Made by a program: the position numbers and the translations under genes
Assembly (NCBI GenBank): GCA_010093705.1
Contig: MU006102.1
Coordinates: 671,993-729,019, forward strand
Length of the DNA stretch: 57,027 nucleotides
Direction of reading: 5' to 3'
Source of the DNA: Patellaria atrata CBS 101060
Taxonomy: Eukaryota
Shown: piece after piece, positions 39,501 through 54,689 of the stretch
How the letters are laid out: every line of letters starts with the position of its first letter
Position numbering within the stretch: position 1 is the first letter of the stretch
Notes under the pieces: model-generated
What the model saw: only the letters and a program-made list of their open reading frames with translations
The model's database searches: none
What the model was told of the DNA's origin: nothing

Positions 39501-42500
39501 TTAAATTAAGATAAAAGAAAATAAAAAATAAAAGATAATTATAAAAATAAAATTTAAATTATATAAATATATAATAATATTATTTAATTTAATTAATATT
39601 TTAATAATATTTTAAGTAATAATTTATTATATATTAAAAAAGTATTTAAATATATTTATAACTATTTATTTAGATAATATATTAATATATATAAATAAAA
39701 TACTTAAAAAGTATAAAAAATATATAAAGAAAATAATAAAAGAATTATAAAAAAAAAGACTTTTAATATATTTAAATAAATATAAATTCTATATTAAAGA
39801 AATAAAATTTCTAGACTTTATTATTATTATTAAAAATATATAAATAAATTTAAAGAAAATAATTATAATTAAAAATTAATTAATATTAAAAAATAAAAAG
39901 AATATATAATTATTCTTAAATTTTATAAATTATTATAAAAAGTTTATTTAAAAATATTTAAAAATAATAATATTATTATTAAAGTTAATAAAAAAGGAAA
40001 ATACCTTTATTTAAATAAAGAAAATATAGAAAATATTTAATAAATTTAAGAAAAAGTTTATTATAATATTTATCTTAATTATATTTAATTTAAAAAAATT
40101 AATAATATTAGAAATTAATATATTTAATTATATATTAAATATATATATAAATTAATTAAATAAGAAAAAATAATTATATTTAATAATTTTTTATTTATAA
40201 AAGTTTATAATTATAAAGTTAAATTATAATATATATAATAAAAAATTATTAATAATTATTAATATATTTAAATAATAAAGATTATATTTTAAAGAATTTA
40301 AATATATTTTAAAAATTTAGTTAAATTATTAAAATTTAATAAATTTTCTTATAATAAAAAAGTTAAATTAAAGATAAATAAAATAAATAAAAATATTTAT
40401 ATCTTTTAATTTTAAAATATTTTATAAATTAAAAGTTAAAAATAAACTAGTTAATATTATAAATAGAAAATTTAACTATTTAAAAGAAATAAAACTAATA
40501 TATAATATAATATTAAAAAGATAAAATAATATAATTATTTATAATTAATTAAGATTAACTATAATACTAATAATTAAATTTATAAAAAAATAATAAATTT
40601 ATAATATCTATTAAAAAAATAATATAATAAAAAAATTTTAAAAGAGTAATAATTTTAAAATAATAAAAATAATTTAAAGAATATAATTATATAATAAATT
40701 TATATATATTAATAATATTATAAAAAACTCTTATTAAAGAAATCTATAAAATATTAATATATAATTATTAAAGTATTAATAAAATCTTAAAAAGAATTTT
40801 AAGAAATTACTATTTTTTAAAAATAAAAAGTATAATAAAATAAATTATCTTAAAATATAATAATTATATATAAAATAAAAGTATAAAATAAATATTTTAT
40901 TAATAAATATAATATATTAAATTATTTAAATAAATATAAAACTTAATAATAATAAATTTTATTATAAATTTACTAAAATTTAAAGATTTAATAATAAAAA
41001 TAAAATAAAATATAATATTAATTATTATAGAATAATTAATAAAGTTTATTAACTTTATATTAATAAAGATAATAATAATAATACTATAAATAATAATATT
41101 AATATTAAAAATAATATTAATAAATTATTAAATATTAAAAGAGATAATTTTAAATAAAAATAAATTATTTAAGTTAATATTTTAATAAATTTTAATATAA
41201 AATTTAAAGATAAATTATAAAATATTAATAAATTTTTATCTATAAATAAATAATTAAATTAAAAGAATAAATTAATTTTTAAAATAATATTTATATAATT
41301 ATATAAATTATTAATAAAATAATTAAATAAAACTATTATAAATAATTTCATTTATATATAATAACGCGAAATTTAATATTATAAAGATTTTACTCTTTTA
41401 TAAATTATAGTTTTAAATTAAAAGTATATTATAAATTAAAAATAGTATAAAATATATTATAAAAAATAATATTAAAAATTAAATAAATTAAAGAATTATA
41501 TAATTAATTATTATAAAATATAATTTTCTAGATAATAAAAATTATAAAATATAGTAAATTAATATAAATTATTAGAATTAATTTTTAAAAAAGAAGATAA
41601 AATTTATTTATTATAGAAAAATTTTAAAATAAAATAATTTAATAAAAAATTAAATTATAAGAAAATTAAATTCTTTAAAATTAAATAAATTAAAGAAAAA
41701 GTTAATTATAAATTAAAATTATTATAAAAAATAAAAATATATTTAATTTTCTATATATTATATTTAAAATTAATATATATTAATATTAAACTTTAAATAT
41801 AATTTATAGAATTTAAAGAAAAAAATATTTATAAAATAAAATAAATTTTAAACTTATAATAAATAAATAATTAATATAAATATTTAATAAAATAAAAAAG
41901 CTATAAATATATAAATAATATATAGAAATTATTTAAATATTTAATAAATTATAATTAAATACTTAAATAGTTTTATTATTAAAACTAAAAATTTTTAAAT
42001 CTATAAAATTAAAGAAATCTAAATTAGACTAATTAAAAAAAGATATAATAATAAAGAAAAAAAAGATAATTAAAAAAATTTATTATTTTTTAACTTTTTA
42101 TTTTAAAGTTTTAAGTTTTTTAATAAAATTAAATTTATAATAAAATATTTTAAATTTCTTATTTTTAAAAAAATAAAATTATTTATAAAGATAATATATA
42201 TAAATTTAAAGAGATTTTTATTTATCTTTAATAATAGTTAATTTAAAATAAATTTAAACTTTTAAAATATTAAATTTATTTTAATCTTTTTATATTATTA
42301 TAAGATTATATTTTATATTATAAATAAGATATTTAAAATAAAAATTAAAAGAAATATTAATAATATAAAAGTAAAAAAAATAATAATAAATAAAATAAAA
42401 AGTTAATATAAAATAATTATATAAAATAATATAAATAATATAATATTAATAATAAATTAAATAGAATTTAGCTTTTAATATTTTAAAAAAAAAGAAAAAA

Positions 42501-43163
42501 AATATATATAATTTAATAAATAAATAATATATTTATTATATATTTAAATAAAAGAAATAAACTTTTAAAATAAAAGTTAAAAAGAAAGAGAATAATATTA
42601 TAACTATAAATTATAAAGATATATAAATAATAAATAAAAGAAAAAAAGAAATATTATTTAAAAAAAATTATAAATAAAATAAATAATAAAGAATTATATA
42701 ATTAAAATATTAATTATATTAATTATATTAATTATAGAAAATAATTATTAATTAAAATAATTAAATAATAATTATTAATTATATTAATTATAGAGAATAA
42801 TTAACGATTAAAATAATTAAATTAATTATAAAAAATAAAAATATTTAAAAATAATTTTTCTTTTATATATTTAAATATTTTATAATTATTTTTATTATTA
42901 ATCTTATTTATAAATTTAAATATTATAGTTTTAAATTTAACTTTATTTATTATATTATTTTTATATAATATATCTTATCTTATTATAAATATTACTTAAA
43001 ATTAAGAAATTAATAAATTATAATAATAATTTAAAATATTTTTATTATATATATTTTATTATTTTATTAAATTTACTTAAATAATTAATTATATTAAATA
43101 AGAAATTAAATTTATTTATAAATTTATTTTATTTTATTTTAATAAATATAGACTTTTATTATA
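36519..43163 (+). mobile_element. Gypsy family C, copy C3 (5'-truncated gag-pol, extra ORF, PPT, 3' LTR 42596-43163), extremely RIPed
   Basis: Reverse complement of the C1 internal sequence without the B insertion; YLD[D]IL at ~39667; PPT aagaaagagaataa at ~42582-42595. Confidence 0.85.
41933..42481 (-). pseudogene. Third copy of the family C antisense Zn2Cys6-like ORF (short allele, 549 bp)
   Basis: Same length and end contexts as 9039-9587 on the opposite strand; heavily RIPed. Confidence 0.6.
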
Positions 43164-44832
43164 ATAAATATATATATTTATATATATATTAAAATAAATA
43201 ATTATTTATTTATTATATTATTAATTATTAATATAATTAAAATAAATTATTATTATATTTATTAATAATAAATAAATTATTAATATTATATTTAATAATA
43301 AAAAATTTATTTAAAGAAAAATATTTTTATAATATTTAATTAATTAATAATATTAAATATATAAAGAAAAAATATATTTATAATATTAAAATATTTAATA
43401 AATTAAACTTTATATATTAAAATATAAAATAATAATTAAAATTTAAATAAAAGTTTTTAAAAAAAAAATTAATTAAATTTAAATATAATATAATAAAAAA
43501 TAATAAAAAATAATAATTAAAAATAATAAAATATAATAAATAAATTTTAGTATAAAATATTATTAAATATTATAAAATTTTTTAATAATTCTTATTTTTA
43601 TTATAATATAAAATATTTTAATAATAATAAAATAATAAAATTTAATAAAAAAATTAAAAAAATTTTAAATTTTAAATTTAAAAAAAAGATTAATTTTAAA
43701 GTTTATAATATATTATTATTATATATAATATATATTAATAAAAACTTTAATAAAAATATAATTAAATTTTTATTTAAATTTAATATTAATTAAATTATTA
43801 AAAATTTATTATAATTAAAAAATAAATATTTATTTAATATATTTTTAATTTTAATTTATAAGAATTTATAGTTTAATTATATAAAATAAGAAATATAATA
43901 AATAAACTATTAAAGAAATAAATAAAAATTAAATTAAAAGATTTATAATATATTTAAATAAATTAAAAATAATTTTTAATTAAATAAAGAATTATTAAAA
44001 AAGATTTTAAAAAGATTTTAAAATAATTAATATATAATTTAAATTTATTAAAAAGATAAAATTTAAATATAATATTTATAATAATAATATTTATATTTTC
44101 GATAAAATTAATTTTTAAATAAATTTAATTAAATTATAAAAATTATTATAAATATAAAAAAATATATAAAATTTAATTTTTTTTAATTAAATAATTAAAA
44201 GTAAATTATAATTATTTAAAATATTTATATTATAAAATATACGATTTTATCTTTTATTATTTATAAAGATTATATTTATATTTTTATATAATTTAAAAAG
44301 ATAAATATTTTATATAATTAAAAAATCTTAATTTTTAAAAATAATTAAATATAATATAAATTTAATTTTAAATATTTAAAACACTTTAATATATATATAA
44401 AAATATATATAATAAAAATATATTAATTATTTATTTTTAATAATTATTTTAATTATTTTAATTAAAATTTTAAGAATTATTATTTAAAAAAATAAAATTT
44501 TAAAATTTTATATATTTTTTTATTTATTATATATATTTTAATTATTTAATATAATTTATTTTTATTATTAAAATATAAATATTTTAAATATATTTAAAAT
44601 TTAATATATTAATATATCTTTTATATTAATAAAAAGAGTTTTTTATTAATTTTTAAAGATATATTTTTTAATATATTTATAAAGAAAAATTATTATAAAG
44701 ATTTTAAAATATTAGATTTTATTTTTATTAATATATAAATAATATTAAATTATTTTAAAATATATTTATATATTTTATAAAAATCTTTATTATTATAAAT
44801 ATTATAATAATTAAAGATTTTAAATAATATAT

Positions 44833-47800
44833 TATTATAATTATAAATTATAAAAATATATAAATAATAAATAAAAAGAAAAAAAGAAAATTATTTAATT
44901 ATATTAATTATAATAAATAATTAATAATTAAAATAATTAAAATATAAATTTATTATATTAATTATAAAAAATAAAAATATTTAATAATTATCTTTTTTTA
45001 TATAATTTAATTTTTTATAATTAATTTTACTATTAATTTTATTTATAAATTTAAATATTATAATTTTAAATTTAATTTTATTTATTATATTTTTTTTATA
45101 TAATATATTTTATTTTATTATAAATATTATTTAAAATTAAAAAATTAAAAAATTATATTATTAATTTAAAATACTTTTATTATATATATTTTATTATTTT
45201 ATTAAATCTATTTTAATAATTAATTATATTAAATAAAAAGTTAAATATATTTTTAAATTTATTTTATTTTATTTTATTTTAATAAATATAAACTTTAATT
45301 ATAATATTATATTTATTATATAATAGAAAAATATATAATAAATTTAAATATAATATTATTAATTATAATTAATATAAAAATAAATAATAAATATATTTAA
45401 ATATTATATAAATATATTAATAAATTTAAAAATAAAGAAATAATTTAAAATTTTAAAAAATAATTTATTATATAATTATTATTATTATAAAAGAGAATTA
45501 TTAAAATTAAAAAATTTATATTATATAATAATAAATAAATTAAGTTAAAAGAATTTTTAATTTAAATAAAAATTTATTATAAAAAAATAAAATTAATAAA
45601 TAATAATAAATATATATTTAATATAATAATATATTTTAAAAAAAATATTTTAAAATAAATTAAATCTATTAAATAATAAAATATTATTTTATAAATAATA
45701 AAAAATATTAAAAAAATAAAATAATAAAAATCTTTAAAAAAGTTAATAAATAATTAATAATTAAAAGAAAATTTTAAAAATTTAAATAAAAAGAATTAAC
45801 TTTAAAATATATAATTATATTTTAATATATAATATTAATATTAAATTAATTTTATAAATTACTAATAATTATTTTCTATTAAAATTTAAAGAAAAAAATA
45901 AAAAATAAATAAATTTATTATAAAAAATTAATAATTATATAAAATATAATAATTAAAATAATTAAAATAAATAATAAATTATATAAATATAAATAAAAAA
46001 AAGAAAATAAAAAAATATTATAATTAAATAAAAAAATAAAATAATAAAAATTATAAATAAATAAAATTAAAAAAATCTAATAAATTTTAATTAATTATAA
46101 TAAATAAAATAAAAAATATTAAAAAAAATAATAATAATTTATTTAAAAAGAAAAAAAATATTTTATAAATAAAATATATTTATAATATAAAGAAATAAAA
46201 TATTTTAGAAAAAATTATCTATAAAAAATATAATTATTATTATAATATAATTAATATATATAATTTAAAATTATATATTTAATATTATTATTATTAATTT
46301 TATTATTTATAGAAAAAAAGATTAAAAAAATATTATTATTATATTAAATAAAAATAAATAAATTATTAATATTATTTTTAATAATAAAAAATTAGTTAAT
46401 AAAGAAAATATTTTAATAGTATTTAAATAATTAATAATATTAAATATATAAAAGTAAATATATATATATAATATTAAAATATTTAATATAAAATTAAAAT
46501 TAAAAGATTAAAATATAAATATTTAATAAATTAAGTTTTATATATTAAATTATAAAATAATAATAATAATTTAAATAAAAGTTTTAAAATTAAAAATTAT
46601 TTAAATTTAAATTTAATAATATAATTATTAAAAAATAATAGTTAAATTTTATATTAAAAATAAAAAAATATTTAATTTTTTAATAAATATAATATAAAAA
46701 GAATAATTATTTATATTATAAATAATAAAAAATTATATTAAAGTTTAAAAATTAAGATTTTATATATATATATTTATTTAAAGATAAATATTAAATAAAA
46801 AGATATAAAATTTATAAAAATAAAATAAAAATATTTAAAAAGAATTAAAAATTTAAATTATTAATAAATAATTATAAAAAGTATAATAATATTAATTATA
46901 TAAATAAATTTAAATATAAATATTATTATTAAATATTAATTTATATAAATTATATAATAATAATATAAATAGATTATAAATATAATATAAATTATTAATA
47001 TTATAAAAATTTAAAGAAAAAGTTTTATAAAAAAAAAATATTTTTATAAAAAATAAAAATATTTTAAAATAATAAAAAAATATTTAAATATATTATTAAA
47101 TATAATATATAAGATTTTAATTAATATATAATTAAAGGAATATAGTATAATTATTATATAATATAAAGATAAAAAGTTAAAATTAAAAATAATTTAAATT
47201 ATAATATAATTATTAAATAAAAGTATTAAAATTTTAAATATAAAAAATATTATAAAGATTTATATTATAATAAATATAATAAATTATATTAAATTAAATA
47301 TATAAAATTTAATTATTTAATTTATAATTATATAAAAAACTATTAAATTATTTAAAATAAAAATAATTAAAAAATATAACTTTTAAATTTTTTAAATTAT
47401 TATAAAATAATAATAAAATATTTTAAATAAATATTATTATATATAATAAAAGAATAATAATATTAATTAATAATAATATTTTTAATTTATTTATTTTATT
47501 TTAATAAATAAAAAAGAAAAATTTATTTTATATAAAATTTAAAAATTTATTTTTATTATAATTAGAAAATAATAAAAATATAAAATATAAATAAAATTTA
47601 ATTAATTTTAAAATTATATTAATTAAAGTTAATATATAAAAGAAAATAATTATTTAATATATTTTTATAATTAATTTAAAAGATATAAATATAATTTTAA
47701 AAATAAATTAATTATAAATAATAAATTTAAATATTAATTAAAAGATAAAAAATATTTAAATTAATTAATATATTTTATAAAAAAAAATAAAGTTAAATAA

Positions 47801-50266
47801 ATAAAATATATTAAATAAATAAATATAAATATATTTATAAAATATATTTTATATTATAAAATAATAAAGCTTTATAGAAATAAATTTAAAAATATAAAAG
47901 TAATATAACTTAAAAAAATAAATATTAAAAAAGTTTTTAAAGAATTTAAAATATTTAAAAAATATAATAAATTTAAAGATTTATTTAAAGAAAATATAAT
48001 AATTATACTTTTAAATTATTAGATATAAAATTATAAAATAATATAAAAAAAATATAAAATTATAATTTAATTTTATTTATTTATTATTAAAAGAATAATA
48101 TAAAATATTTAAAAAATATATTTATATTAATTTAAAAAAATATATATATAATTTAATAAAAATTTAATAATTTTATTAATTTTATTTATATTAAAGAAAA
48201 ATAGTAAATTAAAATTATATATTAATTATAAATAATATAATTTATAAATAAATAATATATATAAATAAATAATATATTTTTTTATATATTATAACTTTTT
48301 CTTTTATAATAATATATTTCTCTATAATTAATAATACTTATATAATTAAATAAAAGTTAAATTATTTTTATTTAAACTTTTAAATATAATAAAAAAAATT
48401 AGTTATTAAAAAATTATAATAATTTATAATATTTTTAAAACTATTTTTTATATAAAAATAAACGATTAAACTTTTAAATATAATTATTATCTTAATTTTT
48501 AAAAGTTAATAGAAATTAAAAAAAAAGATAATTATTTAATATATTTTAAATTTAAATATATAAGAGTTTTTATTTTAATTAATTAATATAAAAAAGATAA
48601 TTAATTTATTTTTTATAAAATATATTAGAAAATATTAAATAAAGAATTTTATTAAATAATAATTAAAGTTAAAAATATATTTTTCTTATATTTATAATTT
48701 TTAAAAAGCTTTTTATAAAGATTTAAATATAATAAATATATAATTTTATTTAATAATTAATATATATATAAAATATATAATTTAAAATATTAATTTTTAT
48801 AATTTTAATAAAATAAATTTTATAATAAATATTATCTATAATAATATTATTATTATATATATTAATAAATATAATAAAGATAAATAATCTTAATTTAATA
48901 ATTAAATATATAAATAATAATAATTTTATATTATCTTCTTTTTTAATTATATAAAATATTAATTATCTTATATTTTAATATATTAAATATAATCTTTTAT
49001 CTTTTTAAATTATTAAGACTTTATTAAATAGTTAAATAAATAAAAAAATTATTATAAATTAAATTTAATATTTTTATTAATATATAAATATTTAATAAAA
49101 AGATATTTATTAAATAATTATTTTTAATAATTATATAAACTATTTATTAATATAATTTAAAAAATTTTATAAAGAAAAGAATATTATTATTATTTATTTA
49201 TTTATATATTTTTTATATTTTATTTAATCTTTAAATATTAAATATTTTAATATATTAAAATAAATATATAATTAAGAATTTAAAGTTTTTATTAAAATTT
49301 ATATTAATTATATTATTAAAATTAAATTTTTTATTATATTTAAAAATATTTATATTAATATTATAATATTTAAAAATATTTAAATAAGTTTTTTTAATAT
49401 TAATTTAATTTTTTATAATCTTTAAATTATTATTTTAAAATTTAATATAAAATTATAAATATTAATATTAATTAAATTTTATTTTTATTATTAATTTATA
49501 AATCTTTTAAATATTAAATAATTTTAAAAAAAGTTATTTTATAATTTAAATATATTAAAAATTAAATAATTTAATATTAAAAAAGTTTTTTAAATACTAT
49601 TTTCTTAATTATTAAATAATTAATAAAAAATATAAAATTTATTATTTATAAAATAATACTTTTATATAATAAAATTTAAATATTTTAATAAATTAATAAA
49701 ATATTTATAAAATAATAATAAATTAAAAAAATATATATATATAAATAAAAGTAATATTTAATATATAAAATATATAAAAATTAATTATTTAAAAAAAGAT
49801 TATTAGATAATAATTTAGTAAAAAGTTAAAAAAAAAAAAGAGATTTAATAAAAAAAGAATTATTATATTTATAATATTATAAAAAATATAGAAAAATTAG
49901 ATATAATATATAAATTTATTAAAAAAATAAAGAAATATTTAAAAAAGAAAATATAATTAAATATAATTAATTTTCTTAAATTATAATTATATAATTAAAT
50001 TTAAAAATTATAATAAAATAAAAAAATATATTATTTATTTATATATATTATTTATTTATAAATTATATTAATATATTTTATTTTATTATAATTATTATTT
50101 AAAATTAAAGAATTTATAAATTATATTATTAATTTAAAATATTTTTATTATATATATTTTATTATTTTATTAAATTTATTTTAATAGTTAATTATATTAA
50201 ATAAAAAATTAAATTTATTTTTAAATTTATTTTATTTTATTTTAATAAATATAAACTTTTATTATA
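44833..50266 (+). mobile_element. Gypsy family C, copy C4 (5' LTR 44833-45303, gag-PR-RT start, internal deletion, partial 3' LTR 50069-50266)
   Basis: Internal part colinear with C3 up to the RT LRLCVDYR motif; host D sequence rejoins on both sides. Confidence 0.78.
48235..50068 (+). mobile_element. Fot1/pogo-like DNA transposon family E, full length 1834 bp with ~50-bp TIRs and TA flanks
   Basis: Left atataatttataaataaataatatatataaataaataatatatttttttat is the reverse complement of the right end; each TIR holds two 17-bp direct repeats; de-RIP HTH-like KKIS..K...IYN[VPE]T[TL]...NG at ~48390-48470 and YNFDETGFMMGVI at ~48798-48836. Confidence 0.85.
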
Positions 50267-51020
50267 ATATATATTTAAATTATAATTATAATTAAAGTTT
50301 ATATAAAATTTTATTATTAAATTATTTATTATAATTTAATTTAAATTTATATAATTTATAAAAAAAAACTAAATTAATAATATATAAAGATATATTTATA
50401 AATATTTATATTATTAAAATTAAAAAATAATTAATAATAATAATTAAAAGAAAAATATAAAAATAAAAATAAATTTAATATAATAATATAATAAAATATT
50501 AATAAAAGAAATTATTAAAATATTTATAATATTTTAATAATTAAAAAAAATTTAAAATAATAATAATTATAAAATAATTTAATTAATTATATAATATTAT
50601 AGAAATTATAAAGAAATTAAATATAATATTTAAATATATAAAAAGAATTTAAAAAAGATTTTTAAATTTAATATAAATATAAATTATATAAATTCTTTAT
50701 TTAATAATAATTAATTTAATATTCTTTATAATAAATTTTTTATATTAAGAAATTTTATAATATTTAATAATATATAATATTTTATATTATATTAAAATTA
50801 AATAAAAAATTATTTATATTATAAATAAAAATTAAATTTATAAATATTTATTTAAAAATAAATATTAAATTAAAAAATATATAATTTTTAAATTAAATAT
50901 TTTAAAAATATATTATATAAATAAAAATAATTATATAAATAAATTAAAATATAAATAATATAATATTAAAAATATTATTTAAATAATATTATATAAAAAT
51001 AATAAATAAAATATATAAAA

Positions 51021-52783
51021 AAATTATAAATTTTTTAATAATTATTATTTTTATTATAATATAAAATATTTTAATAATAATAAAATAATAAAGTTTAATA
51101 AAAAGATTAAATAAAGTTTATATTTTAAATTTATAAAAAAGATAAATTTTAAAGTTTATAATATATTATTATTATATATAATATATATTTAAAAAAGTTT
51201 TAATAAAAATATAATTAAATTTTTATTTAAATTAATTATTAATTTAATTATTAAAAATTTATTATAATTAAAAAATAAATAATTATTTAATATATTTTTA
51301 ATTTTAATTTATAAAAATTTATATCTTAATTATATAAAATAATAAATATAATAGATAAACTATTAAATATATAAAATAAAGTAAATAAAGTAAATAAAAA
51401 TTAATTTAAAAAAATTATAATAAATTTAAATAAATTAAAGATAATTTTTAATTAAATAAAAAATTATTTAAAAATAATTAATATATAATTTAAATTTATT
51501 AAAAAAATAAAAAATAAATATAATATTTATAAAAATATTTATAATTTTAATAAAATTAATTTTTAAATAAATATAATAAAATTAATAAAATTATTATAAA
51601 TATAAAAAAATATATAAAATTTAATTTTATTTAATTAAATAATTAAAAGTAAATTATAATTATTTAAAATATTTATATTATAAAATATATAATTTTACTT
51701 TTTTATTATTTATAAAGATTATATTTATATTTTTATATAATTTAAGAAAATAAATATATTATAAAATTAAAAGATTTTAATTTTTTAAAAATAATTAAAT
51801 AAATAATATATTTAATCTTAAATAATTAAAGTATTTTAATATATATATAAAAATTTATATAATAAAAATATATTAATTATTTATTTTTATTAATTATAAA
51901 AGTTATTTTAATTAAAATTTTAAAAATTATTATTTAAAAAATAATATTTTAATATTTTATATACTTTTTTATTTATTATATATATTTTATTTATTTAATA
52001 TAATCTATTTTTTATTATTAAAATATAAATACTTTTAATATATTTAAAATTAAATATATTAATATATCTTTTATATTAATAAAAAAGATTTTTTATTAAT
52101 TTTTAAAAATATATTTTTTAATATATTTATAAAAAAAAATTATTATAAAATTTTTAAAATATTAAATTTTTTCTTTATTAATATATAAATAATATTAAAT
52201 TATTTTAAAATATATTTATATATTTTATTAAAATTTTTATTATTATAAATATTATAATAATTAAAGATTTTAAATAATATATTTAAATTTAAATTAAAAT
52301 TTATATAAAATTTTATTTTTAAATTATTTATTATAATTTAATTTAAATTTATATAATTTATAAAAGAAATTAAATTAATAATATATAAAAATATATTTAT
52401 AAATATTTATATTATTAAATTTAAAAATTAATTAATAATAATAATTAAAAGAAAAATATATAAATAAAAATAAATTAAATATAATAATATAATAAAATAT
52501 AATAAAATATTAATAAAAATAATTATTAAAATAATTATAATATTTTAATAATTAAAGAAAATTTAAAATAATAATAATTATAAAATAATTTAATTAATTA
52601 TATAATATTATAAAAATTATAAAAGAATTAAATATAATATTTAAATATATAAAAAGAATTTAAAAGAAATTTTTAAATTTAATATAAATATAAATTATAT
52701 AAATTTTTTATTTAATAATAATTAATTTAATATTTTTTATAATAAATTATTTATATTAAAAAATTTTATAATATTTAATAATA
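51021..52783 (+). mobile_element. Fot1/pogo-like family D, copy D2
   Basis: Colinear with D1; ends approximate. Confidence 0.7.
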
Positions 52784-52814
52784 TTTTATATTATTTATTA
52801 AAATAAAATAAAAT

Positions 52815-52980
52815 AAAATATTAATTATTTAATTATTTTTTATAATTAAATAATTAAAATATTTAAATATTTAAATTATATAATTTTAATTATTTATATT
52901 ATTTATAATTTTTTTTAAATAATTTTTCTTTCTTTATTTTATTTATTAATTATATATTCTTATAATTTATAGTTATAATA
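52815..52980 (-). repeat. Partial family C LTR forming the right edge of the TE block
   Basis: Ends tatatattcttataatttatagttataata like 5619, 29150 and 31717; left end approximate. Confidence 0.65.
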
Positions 52981-54689
52981 AAGATTTTCTTTTTATACTT
53001 TAATATATTTAAGCTTTTAAAGGTTTTAATATAAGAAAACTTAATATAGGGCGTATATATATCGCGTTAAGCTATAAAATATAAATCTACTATTATTCCC
53101 CTTTTCTCCTTTTATAATTATACTAGAAGTATTGACATTAAGCGCGTTAGCAATTCATTGACTTAGATTACATGTGGTAAGCAGGTTAAGGAATAGAGAG
53201 GCTCTCAACACCTATTTCTACAGTGAGCCCTCACCAATTTTGGACGATGTGTAGGTACATACCTATTTAACACTACACTTGTTCCTTTGAGATAGCACAT
53301 CGGTGGATGAAACATGGGTGAGTTATTTTTAGGGATACATCCAATGACTATGATCATTTGTGCAGTATAGATCTGTCGCTGTGAGCTCCTCTTGAATGTT
53401 AGCAATTTTGTGGCCAATTTTTGACGTTATCATTGCTCGTTGCTCTACGTTTTCCACCTTTATGAGTCATTCTCTTCAGTCGTTGTAAAATATACTATTT
53501 TGAAAATATGATTCTTTTTCTACGTTTGGAGGTGTTGGGATCGTGCAGTGATCAATCAGCGTACAGGATCAACGTCCAGACGCCCAGCTTGTATGATCGA
53601 TGGTATTCTATCGAACTTCTCTTTAGTTCGATTACTTTTGCTCTCGCAGTCCAGTTTATCTCTGTTTTCCATGTTAGCACGAGCCGTCCAGGGAGGTAAA
53701 TGGAACAAGCATACAAACTATCCTTCATCTCAACTCTCGTTGAATACAATCCACGGCTAGGTAGATGTTTGTTCGAATTCCCTTCCCTGGTAAACGAGAT
53801 TAAATCATGTGGTCGCCTCTGGCAGCAATACGCCCGATGTAAGAGTAGGCCATAAATGTGCCTGATGTATGTGTTGAAAGATCAACTCTTCAGTAGTCTC
53901 CCATGTGTTCTCGATTCGAAGACACAAATATAGGTTCTATCTCTGTGAAGTACATTGGCATATGTTCTGAATTCCTTCCTAGTTCTACCTTAGTCGCAAC
54001 TGGAGTTTTGAAATAAAGAGAGAAAGGACGAGGAATACAAGGGCAGGTTCCATTTTCTACACCCTTTTATTATTTCGCCCTTCCAACTCTCAATCAACTT
54101 TACATATCTACTCTCATAGACGACATTTTATTCATTATGAGTGGTTACTAAGCTGTTATACTTCTACAAAGTCTTACATATTGTGACCATAGCGTTTTGG
54201 GCCACAAGCAATTTCTTATTTCTTTACTGAACACTCTTCCTACTACCTCTATCCATTCACTAGTTTGAATCTACATAAACTATTCCTTGCTACCCTCGTA
54301 CATTTCTCCTATCTATGAGATTCTCATTCAGCTAAGTACTCTATACCTTCCCAAAGTCAGGGGTGAGTATATGAAGGCCAAATGTGTTTTAGGGGAACTG
54401 AACTAAAATGTACTAAACTGGTTTGGGATGCAACATGAAGGTCTTATTTTTGGTTGTCAGAAAGCTATATTACAGTTTTATTTTGTAGTTTAACCCAAGT
54501 CTTATCTCCTGATTTCAGTACCGTTTGGCAGCTTCTGTAGTTACATGTCTTTCTTCGATCCGGTAGCGACAGCACGGATCTCATACAACTCAATATGAGT
54601 CTAAGCGAGCACAAACGAGTGCCCTCAACCACGTATCTATATCGTTGGCAGAGGAGCTTTTCCTCTCGGATAATGGATCTGAAAGTTCG

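Larger units (their letters stand above)
43551..50772 (+). mobile_element. Fot1/pogo-like (Tc1/mariner superfamily) DNA transposon family D, copy D1, split by C4 (44833-50266)
   Basis: De-RIP reading DIYxFDETGFQMG at ~44086-44125 followed by recognisable DDE-domain sequence; 43551-44832 + 50267-50772 is colinear with 51021-52783; ends approximate, TIRs not resolved. Confidence 0.7.

Noticed and set aside
44828..44832. Exact TSD for C4
   Set aside because: Both flanks are (AT)n-like, so the duplication cannot be placed unambiguously, although the host sequence rejoins.
31775..52980. Mitochondrial/NUMT, AT-rich contaminant or satellite DNA
   Set aside because: The sequence aligns colinearly with less-mutated transposon copies in the same window.
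53205..53760. Four 63-70 aa ORFs at the AT-block edge as candidate effectors, plus minus-strand gctaac branch-like sites
   Set aside because: There is no convincing signal peptide or Cys pattern, several use non-ATG starts, and I could not assemble a coherent spliced model.
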